From: Pseudomonadota bacterium
Lineage (GTDB): Bacteria; Pseudomonadota; Gammaproteobacteria; Xanthomonadales; SZUA-38
DNA length: 64,000 nt
NCBI GenBank assembly: GCA_039195135.1
Contig: JBCCVP010000004.1
Coordinates: 21,909-85,908, forward strand
Reading direction: 5' to 3'
Shown here: positions 58,743 through 64,000 of the stretch, in pieces
How the letters are laid out: each line of letters begins with the position of its first letter
Position numbering within the stretch: position 1 is the stretch's first letter
The notes under the pieces: generated by a model
The model's database searches: none
Seen by the model: only the letters and a program-made list of their open reading frames with translations
What the model was told of the DNA's origin: nothing
Made by a program: the position numbers and the translations under genes

Positions 58743-59135
58743 TTCAAAGAAGTGTGTCAGTTCTCTGTTCGTCAGCAGTCTTAAGCCTGCGTCGCGCCGA
58801 ACCTTCCTGACTTTCCTGCGCCTTGCCGTTCCGAATAACCGCTTGGCTGCAGTTCCGAGCCGCTTCCCAGCCCGTTTTCTTTTTCGACGTCGCCGGCGCT
58901 TTCGCGTCGCCTGGCGTCTATCTCCGAGGAGTGCGACTCCTCTTCGCACCTGCCGCTGTGGTCTTTGCGAACTTCAGCTTACGCTTCCGCTCCGCGGCAG
59001 CCCGGGTCGTACCACTCGTCCCGGCTCGCTTGGCTGGTTCTCCGCTCCGGATTCCTGGTTGGGCTTCCGGCGCAGGGCCTGTCCGCTGCGTTGAAATCTA
59101 AGTTACGACCGGCCACCCCCGGCGTCAATTCCGCG
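58714..59135 (-). ncRNA. Candidate GGA-rich structured sRNA (CsrB/Rsm-like sponge?), hypothetical
   Basis: No credible ORF in any frame. I count 16 GGA on the minus strand versus 2 on the plus strand between 58743 and 59135. Local hairpins present GGA in their loops. A terminator lies at the 3' end and an AT-rich promoter-like region lies upstream. The 5' end is unknown. Confidence 0.3.
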
Positions 59136-59183
59136 TCAAAACTAAACAAAATATTGGCAAAAATACCAAAATACAAAGCAAAA

Positions 59184-59287
59184 GGGTCAGGTCTGTGCTT
59201 TGTGCATTTTCATGTTCGCTCCCCAATAAATTCAACTGATCAAAGAATTTATCCAGTCGCTTAGGGCCAGGTTTGTGCTTTTTGTTC
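59184..59287. repeat. Two ~22-bp direct repeats 80 bp apart in an AT-rich island
   Basis: GGGTCAGGTCTGTGCTTTGTGC (59184-59205) and GGGCCAGGTTTGTGCTTTTTGT (59264-59285) match at 18 of 22 positions. Confidence 0.5.
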
Positions 59288-59564
59288 AAAAGCGGTACAA
59301 AGGTTTTCAGCCCATTTTGGGGCTTCTCAAGAAAGTCATTAAAAAATATAAAAACCAATGATTTATGGTTTTTTTGGATAAACCGGCGTCTGAGTGGCTC
59401 GAGACATATATGTTCCGCTTTAGCGAAAATTCCTCAGATTTGGCCCAGCTTCCGCAGCTAAGCGGCGGAAATTCTTTTTATTTTTTTCAGCTGGCTCGGC
59501 GTAAAAAAAATCACCTGTCAGAGACACGGCCCGGAACGCTCGAAACCTGCTGGATTTACCAACG

Positions 59565-60503
59565 ATGACGCGGCCAGCGCGGATTTTGCTGGCGGACGGC
59601 TGGTACCACGTGGCCAATCGGGGGGCAGGGCGCCAACGGGTTTTTCGTAATGACCAGCACCGCGGCCTTTTCCTGGAACTCCTGCAGGATCTGCAGAGCG
59701 CCTTTGCCGTTGCGGTTCACGCCTACTGCCTGATGAGCAATCGCTACGACCTGATCGTGCACAACCGGGAGGCCAATCTGTCCGAGGCCATGCGCCATCT
59801 CAATGGGGTATACACGCAGCGCCACAATCGCGATGTGGGACGGGACGGTCCGTTATTTCGCGGCCGCTACCGGGCCGTCCTGTTTGACCCGGAGCTGGCC
59901 CTGCTGGCGGTGTCCCGGCATCTGCACCGCCGGCCACTGGCGACGGGCCGGGTCCCCACGCTGACCCGCTATCGCTGGTCCAGCTATCCCAGCTATGTGA
60001 CCCGGCGCCGGCGCCCGGACTGGCTGCACCGGGAGGCGGTGCTGGCGGCGGCAGCCGGTTCGGCCGCCCGCTATCGGGCCTATGTGGAGCGGGAAGGTGA
60101 ACCCAACGAGGTTGTGCGGCGCTTCTATCGTCAGAGCCGCCCCGGTCCCGTGCTCGGCGGGCCGGAGCTGCTCGCGCGGATTGCCGGGCAGGGCGACGCG
60201 GAGCTGACGGCGCCCGACGCCATTTCCTACCGTAGGGTGCTGCGGCTGGTTGCGGACCATTTTGAAGTGCCCCGGCGGAGCCTGCTCAGCGGAACTCAGG
60301 GCCGTCTCAATGAACCGCGCCTTGCGGCGATCTGGCTGTGCCGGCGCCACTGTCGCCTCACGCTCAAGGAGCTGGCGGCCGTTTTTCGGGTAGCGGGGTT
60401 CGGCACCATATCCGCTGCGCTCAACCGGATGCCTAAGCGCATGGGGCCCCGCTTCTGGAAACAGGTCGCGGCCCTTGAGGCGCAGCTTGCGCCGCAGCCC
60501 TGA
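59565..60503 (+). CDS. IS200-like/REP-associated Y1 transposase-fold protein with degenerate catalytic motifs, fused to a DnaA-domain-IV-like HTH
   Basis: 312 aa. The N-terminus (LADGWYHVANRGAGRQRVF...HAYCLMSNRYDLIV...GPLFRGRYRAV...YRWSSYPSY) follows the Y1 family pattern. The C-terminus (RRSLLSGTQGRLNEPRLAAIWLCRRHCRLTLKELAAVFRVAGFGTISAAL) resembles the DnaA C-terminal domain. Confidence 0.8.
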   Translation: MTRPARILLADGWYHVANRGAGRQRVFRNDQHRGLFLELLQDLQSAFAVAVHAYCLMSNRYDLIVHNREANLSEAMRHLNGVYTQRHNRDVGRDGPLFRGRYRAVLFDPELALLAVSRHLHRRPLATGRVPTLTRYRWSSYPSYVTRRRRPDWLHREAVLAAAAGSAARYRAYVEREGEPNEVVRRFYRQSRPGPVLGGPELLARIAGQGDAELTAPDAISYRRVLRLVADHFEVPRRSLLSGTQGRLNEPRLAAIWLCRRHCRLTLKELAAVFRVAGFGTISAALNRMPKRMGPRFWKQVAALEAQLAPQP

Positions 60504-60537
60504 CGCTCCCCCGGGACTCAGCTTATCGCTTGAGGTG

Positions 60538-62364
60538 TCACCCCTTCCCGCGCTTCAGGTCCCGAGCGAGAAAACGACTGCTGGCCACGGCCAGCGCCAG
60601 GTCCCGGGGAATCGGCCAGGGCTCGCGGGTGAGCAGGCTCACGAGCCACTCGGCCAGCAGCGGCGCGCTGGTAAACCCCCGGGCCCCCAGGCCGCCGATG
60701 ACAAACTCGCTGTCCACCCACGCCACCGGCTCTCCCTCCGGACCGCCCCGCAGCCAGCGCAGGCGAGGCCGGGAGGCGGGGCCGTCAAGCCGGGGACCGG
60801 CCGCCGGTAGCCGGTCCGGGGTTGCGGCGCGCCAGCCGGACCAGCTTCCACTGACCGGCCCGTCCAGAAACGGGAAGGCCCGCTGCACCTCGTCGGCAAG
60901 CCGGTCCCGCTCCCCCGCCTCAGGTTCGCGGGTAAAGCTGGCCCCGGCCCACAGCTGTTGCTGCTGGTCCACCGGATGGAGATATTTCCCGCGATGCAGG
61001 CTGCAGCGCAGTGCCGCCGCGGAAGGGCGCGCCTGGTAACGGAGGCAATGACCATGCCAGCGGCTGAGCTTCAAATCTTCGGCGCCGGGCCAGGCGCCGG
61101 CCCCCGGCGCCCAGATCAACGTTTCCGGCGCTGTGGATTCGCCGTCTTCCTCCTTCGGTCGGGAGGAACCGTAGTCCACCACCGTCCCCGCCTCGGGAAA
61201 CCAGAGGCCGCCGGTGTTGTCCGGCAGCGAGACGCCGGCCACCTCCGCGGCACTGCCTCCATCCAGCACGGAAAGCTGCTCCGGTGGGGGCGCCCAGATC
61301 GCCTCGATCTGGCGCTGGCGATCGAGGTCGGCGGCGTCCTCGGCCAGCAGCAGCGCGCCATGGGCGCGAAACCCGGTGGTCTGCCGCCAGAAGCGCAGCG
61401 CGTACCGGTACGCCAGCCAATACCAGCGGCCGGCGGGTCCATCACCCGCCTCAAGGCGAGGCATGACCGAGAGGCTTGGATTATCCGAGGCTCGCCCACC
61501 CCGATCCTCTAGCCGGGCCGCGATCCCGCGGCGTTTCAATGCGACGGCGACGCTGCGGCCGGCCACCCCGCTGCCGCGGATACGCACCGGCCCGCGCGCG
61601 GCGGCCGCCGGCGGCCGGAACCAGCCTGGACACCGGCTTTTGGGCTGGCCGGAAAAGGTGCCCAGCAGCCGCTCCCGCTTGCGGCCGAAGCCGGCGGTCT
61701 TGCGCACGGCAAAACCGGCAGCGGACAGTCCCCGACGCACCACGCCGGCAGCGGTGAAGGTGGCCAGGGTGGCACCCGGGGCGGACAGGCGGCCCACCTC
61801 CCGCAGCACCGCGTCGGACCACATGGCCGGGTTGTGCGCCGGCGCAAAACCGTCCAGAAACCAGGCGTCCACCTCGGCTTCCAGTTGCTCAAGCTGATCC
61901 AGCACATCGCCAAGCAGCAGGGTAAGGCACACGCCGTCCTTAAGGTGGTAGCGGTGGAAGCCGGGGGTGGCGGCGTCCAGGGTCTGGCGCAGCTGGCCGC
62001 TTAGGGGAGCGAGCTGCGGCCAGGCGCCATGGATGTCGCTGAGTTCGGCGGCGGACAGCGGGTGGCCTTCCACGCTCACGTAGTGCAGCTGCTGGTCCGG
62101 CTGGCGGTTTTTGCGCCAGGCGTGCCAGGTGCAGAGAAAATTCAGACCGGTGCCGAACCCCGTTTCGCCGATCACAAAAGTTGGCCGGTTTCGCCAGCGC
62201 CCGGGCAGGTCGCAGCCCGAGAGAAATACCGCTTCTGCTTCTGCCGGCCCGTGCTCGGGCTGAAAGTAGATGTCGCCGTAGCGGCCGGAGATCAGCCCGC
62301 CGCCGGCGTCCCGGGAAACTTGCGCATCTCCCAGCAGTCCGTGCCGTTTGCCCTGCGTGGACAC
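60538..62364 (-). CDS. mnmC: Bifunctional tRNA mnm5s2U34 biosynthesis protein (methyltransferase / FAD oxidoreductase)
   Basis: 608 aa with a GTG start. The N-terminal domain has YGDIYFQPEHG, GETGFGTGLNFL and VDAWFLDGFAPAHNPAMW. The C-terminal half is a DAO-like FAD domain. Confidence 0.9.
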   Translation of the reverse strand: MSTQGKRHGLLGDAQVSRDAGGGLISGRYGDIYFQPEHGPAEAEAVFLSGCDLPGRWRNRPTFVIGETGFGTGLNFLCTWHAWRKNRQPDQQLHYVSVEGHPLSAAELSDIHGAWPQLAPLSGQLRQTLDAATPGFHRYHLKDGVCLTLLLGDVLDQLEQLEAEVDAWFLDGFAPAHNPAMWSDAVLREVGRLSAPGATLATFTAAGVVRRGLSAAGFAVRKTAGFGRKRERLLGTFSGQPKSRCPGWFRPPAAAARGPVRIRGSGVAGRSVAVALKRRGIAARLEDRGGRASDNPSLSVMPRLEAGDGPAGRWYWLAYRYALRFWRQTTGFRAHGALLLAEDAADLDRQRQIEAIWAPPPEQLSVLDGGSAAEVAGVSLPDNTGGLWFPEAGTVVDYGSSRPKEEDGESTAPETLIWAPGAGAWPGAEDLKLSRWHGHCLRYQARPSAAALRCSLHRGKYLHPVDQQQQLWAGASFTREPEAGERDRLADEVQRAFPFLDGPVSGSWSGWRAATPDRLPAAGPRLDGPASRPRLRWLRGGPEGEPVAWVDSEFVIGGLGARGFTSAPLLAEWLVSLLTREPWPIPRDLALAVASSRFLARDLKRGKG

Positions 62365-62527
62365 TAGTGGACTGTAACGGCCAGTTTGAAAGCGCCTGCG
62401 TGCGCCTCGAACACGAATGCGGCGTTGCGCCTCGGACCAAAGAGCCTGCCACTGCTCGTCGGCGCGCCTTGCCTTGGTGCCCGACGCGTCACGCAGCCAC
62501 TTCCGAATTGGCCGTTACAGTCCACTA
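62365..62527. mobile_element. 163-bp MITE-like palindromic element (Correia-like)
   Basis: Perfect 19-bp terminal inverted repeats: TAGTGGACTGTAACGGCCA (62365-62383) and TGGCCGTTACAGTCCACTA (62509-62527). The interior is imperfectly self-complementary. TA lies at both ends. The element is bounded by the upstream gene's stop codon and the mnmC start codon. Confidence 0.6.
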
Positions 62528-64000
62528 AAAGCCGAACAGGTGGTCGATGCTGAAGCGGGTCTGGTCTCCGTCGCCGGCCAGCAGACCGTGGTAGCCGAAT
62601 AGGCGGCAGGTCACGTCGCGGATGAGCAGCTGGCTGGCGTGGCGCAGCACGCCCTGCGCAAACAGCTCGTCTATGAACAACAGCCGCGAGCCACGAAGCG
62701 GGATCGCGCAGTGAGTGCTGGCGAGTTGCTTGCCGGCGCTGTCCAGCAGCCGCAGTTCCGTGGCGGAGGCAGCGTGCCAGCGGGTCGAAGCGGGATATAT
62801 CAGACAGATAAAGGTGCGCTCCCCGGGCTGCCCGAGTCGCACGTAGAGCCGCGTCGTCAGCCCCGGTGCCGGTCCGCCGTAGCTCTGCGGTTCGCCGCGC
62901 CACACGTTCAGCATATTGAACATGTGGCTGCCAAAACTGGTTTCGGCCAGGTGCCCGGACGCCCGGTGGCGATAGCGGAAGATGGCGTGCAGCCAGCCGT
63001 CCACCGGCCCCGGGTGGGTCCGGTCATAGCTCAGTGCGAGGTGCTGTCCCGCCGGCACGGCCCGCCAGCGGTGGTCGTCTGCCTCGGCCACGTGGATCGG
63101 CTGGCGCTCAAGCTCCCGCCCATCCTGATCGTAGGTTCGCAGCAGCAGCTGCTGCGGTCCGTCCTGCACCGGCGACATGGGCGTCACCAGCAGCTGAGAT
63201 TCAAACTGATCTATCGGCAGCAGCGGGGCGGTGAGCAGGTACGCGTCTCCCAGTTGGGGTTCTACGTCCCAGAAGTCTGCGTCGGGAGTCAGATCATCAC
63301 GGCGGATATTGGCGTGGGCCACGTGGCTGCGGCCAGCTCGTGTCACCTCATAGCGGGGACGCAGCACCTGGTGCTGCGCTTCCAGCGTCGCCTGGGAGCG
63401 GTGGGCGGCGGCGGGCAGCCGCCAGGCCGCGGTACCCAGCGGTGGCACCGTTCCCTCAAAGACCGTGGGCTCTGGGGCTCCCGCCAGGCCCAAGCTGCCG
63501 GCCGGCAGGGGGCGCGCATGGGGATTTTGAATCCAGAGCGTCACGGACTCATCCGCCCGGCTCGACAGCGGGATGCCCCCGTAGCGTGCCGCGGGCCAGA
63601 TGTTGCTGTCGTGGGTGGTGGTGAGCTCTGCCCCGTCCCGGCGGAAGTCGAGAACATATTTCAGGACGTCGTGGCCCCGGGCGCCGACCGCGTGCACCAG
63701 CAGCTGACCGTCGAAGGAGGGCAGCGCGAACCGTTCCCGCACCTCGCCGCTGTCGATCACGATCTGCTGCTGCGCCGGCCCGGCTGCAACGTCCCAGCGT
63801 TTGAGTTCGCTGCCGTCGCCGGCGTAGAGCACGCAGCGCAGCGTGACCTGCGTTGCGCCGTAGCGTGCCCAGTAGTTGTTGGTGCAAAAGCGCGTGGCCA
63901 GCTGCGGCCCGGCGCGAAACAGCGCCAGGTCGTAAACAAAATTCAGCGGCGACAGGTAGTCTTCGGGAAAGGTCAGCCACGAGCCCGCCAGCTTTAGGGA
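62525..64000 (-). CDS. Protein of unknown function (5' end beyond the window)
   Basis: The frame stays open with no stop from 63832 to the window edge, with coding-like composition (..FPEDYLSPLNFVYDLALFRAGPQLATRFCTNNYWARYG..). More than 490 aa are visible. I recognise no domain. Confidence 0.6.
   Translation of the reverse strand, partial: SLKLAGSWLTFPEDYLSPLNFVYDLALFRAGPQLATRFCTNNYWARYGATQVTLRCVLYAGDGSELKRWDVAAGPAQQQIVIDSGEVRERFALPSFDGQLLVHAVGARGHDVLKYVLDFRRDGAELTTTHDSNIWPAARYGGIPLSSRADESVTLWIQNPHARPLPAGSLGLAGAPEPTVFEGTVPPLGTAAWRLPAAAHRSQATLEAQHQVLRPRYEVTRAGRSHVAHANIRRDDLTPDADFWDVEPQLGDAYLLTAPLLPIDQFESQLLVTPMSPVQDGPQQLLLRTYDQDGRELERQPIHVAEADDHRWRAVPAGQHLALSYDRTHPGPVDGWLHAIFRYRHRASGHLAETSFGSHMFNMLNVWRGEPQSYGGPAPGLTTRLYVRLGQPGERTFICLIYPASTRWHAASATELRLLDSAGKQLASTHCAIPLRGSRLLFIDELFAQGVLRHASQLLIRDVTCRLFGYHGLLAGDGDQTRFSIDHLFGF

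Noticed and set aside
58743-59135. Whether the structured-looking minus-strand region is RNase P RNA, tmRNA, SRP (4.5S) RNA or 6S RNA.
   Set aside because: AGGAAAGTCA resembles the RNase P P4 core but lies near the 3' end, without the rest of the conserved cores (no GAGGAAAGTCCGGGC, no ACAGAACCCGGCTTA). There is no tRNA-like 3' end or ...CCACCA and no ANDxxYALAA-type tag frame for tmRNA. The SRP domain IV motif (GGTCCGGAAGGAAGCAGCC) is only loosely echoed. Lengths and motifs do not fit.
59365-59568. 67-aa ORF (MVFLDKPASEWLETYMF...) whose stop overlaps the start of the Y1-like gene (ATGA).
   Set aside because: It lies in the AT-rich island, its codon usage is unlike the rest of the window, it has no SD and no recognisable motif. 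The ATGA overlap is suggestive, so I do not exclude it, but I cannot support it as a gene. The same applies to the 77-aa ORF at 59125-59358(-).

Overview
High-GC (~65%) chromosomal window, most likely from a gammaproteobacterium. That inference rests on E. coli-like neighbourhoods: folA/apaH, tesA-ybbA-ybbP, aroK-aroB-damX-like, aroQ-accB-accC-prmA...fis, cutA-dsbD and groES-groEL. I support about 55 protein genes, and most are housekeeping. I saw no rRNA, tRNA or CRISPR array. Cis elements read directly from the sequence are a SAM-I riboswitch ahead of a Cys/Met PLP enzyme, a sigma32-type promoter overlapping a CIRCE operator ahead of groESL, an ArsR-type palindrome, and several intrinsic terminators. 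The less ordinary parts are listed here. (1) A 900-bp gene-free gap after glnE holds a purine-rich, GGA-dense minus-strand unit of about 420 nt that ends in a strong terminator, a candidate CsrB/Rsm-like sponge sRNA. It sits next to an AT-rich island with direct repeats and a catalytically degenerate Y1(HUH)-transposase-like protein fused to a DnaA-domain-IV-like HTH. (2) A 163-bp Correia-like MITE with perfect 19-bp terminal inverted repeats is wedged exactly between a stop codon and the mnmC start codon. (3) A same-strand block encodes an HD-GYP protein, two paralogous membrane GTPases, DUF1800, DUF1501 and an internally duplicated Cys-containing secreted protein. (4) A WGR-domain ORF has a stop codon inside the signal/TM segment of a DamX-like double-SPOR protein that lacks a canonical start. 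(5) A short exosortase-family protein has no visible substrate. (6) Three proteins have unusual architectures: DHFR with a 100-aa C-terminal extension, DsbD with tandem alpha domains, and an orphan gcvPB. Many long antisense ORFs in the track are GC-composition artefacts and were rejected. All functional calls come from my reading of the translated sequences and have not been checked against any database.
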